Positions 63,438 to 64,000 of a stretch of DNA of 64,000 nucleotides are shown here, in pieces; within the stretch, counting starts at the first letter, position 1; each line of letters begins with the position of its first letter. This stretch comes from Lytechinus pictus (taxonomy: Eukaryota), in assembly GCF_037042905.1 (NCBI RefSeq), contig NC_087252.1, positions 21,516,001 to 21,580,000 of the forward strand, given 5' to 3'. A program made the position numbers and the translations under genes. Under the pieces are notes generated by a model that was not told where the DNA came from, searched no databases, and saw nothing but the letters and a program-made list of their open reading frames with translations.

Positions 63438-64000
63438 AAGTTACCCCAAAATGACTCAATTATAGGGGTATAGAAAGTACATGGTTCACTATTCTTTAGT
63501 CTTAATTCATAAATCTGTTTTGGTGGTAGGATATCAATAGATTTACATACTGACTCATCTGTCATCTAAGTTAGATATGGAAATGTTTTTTTTAGATTAT
63601 GATTTATGACATAACCAAATTCACCAAAGTGATTTATTTGTAGAATTCACTGACTTTTAATGATCTCCGTTCTGTAAGGAGATAGCTTCACTTACTATCC
63701 AATTTTTTTAAATATTATTACCTTGAAAGGTTTTTTATGTGAATTTTTGCAAGCTATCTACATAAGATATGAAAACATATTTCCCAAAATGTGAAATATA
63801 ATTTAACAAATATGAAATAGTGTGCATTTTTGTTCAATTTCAAATGATGGCCATGCTTAATGAAGCGTGGTACGACAGACTTTGGCTCTTTGGAAACCTC
63901 TTGTATTTCTTGTTTTAAATTTAAAGTATAAACATTATGTACAGTCATTGATAAATATGTGAACACATGTTCTATGTTATTCTCTTTTTGCATTTTATGG

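Noticed and set aside
62770..63565. Four overlapping 170-213 aa ORFs
   Set aside because: (GAA)n low-complexity artefacts.

Overview
AT-rich, almost entirely non-coding animal genomic DNA. The repeat content (tRNA-derived SINEs, many short TIR elements, poly-G/C runs, simple repeats) suggests an invertebrate deuterostome, probably a sea urchin; this is inference, not a database result. The only coding signal I can support is a candidate first coding exon on + (34418-34831). It has a long 5' leader, a Kozak ATG at 34759, a 24-aa signal-peptide-like sequence and a phase-1 donor, which points to a secreted or cell-surface protein gene with very large introns. A TATA/Inr and a 13-nt micro-exon lie just upstream (34210-34259), and a CpG-richer candidate promoter lies at about 22.9-24.1 kb. 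The rest is a mosaic of three kinds of sequence. First, at least four SINE types. Second, non-autonomous DNA elements, identified by termini and target-site duplications (Helentron/HINE-like, Kolobok-like, PIF/Harbinger-like, hAT-like, Merlin-like, AcademH-like, piggyBac-like, CACTA-like, Crypton-like), several of them nested. Third, mini- and microsatellites and unique GC-richer blocks that may be cis-regulatory. Nearly all ORF-track entries are repeat or low-complexity artefacts. I found no CRISPR array, intact transposase, rRNA or bona fide tRNA, and no convincing new multi-gene system.
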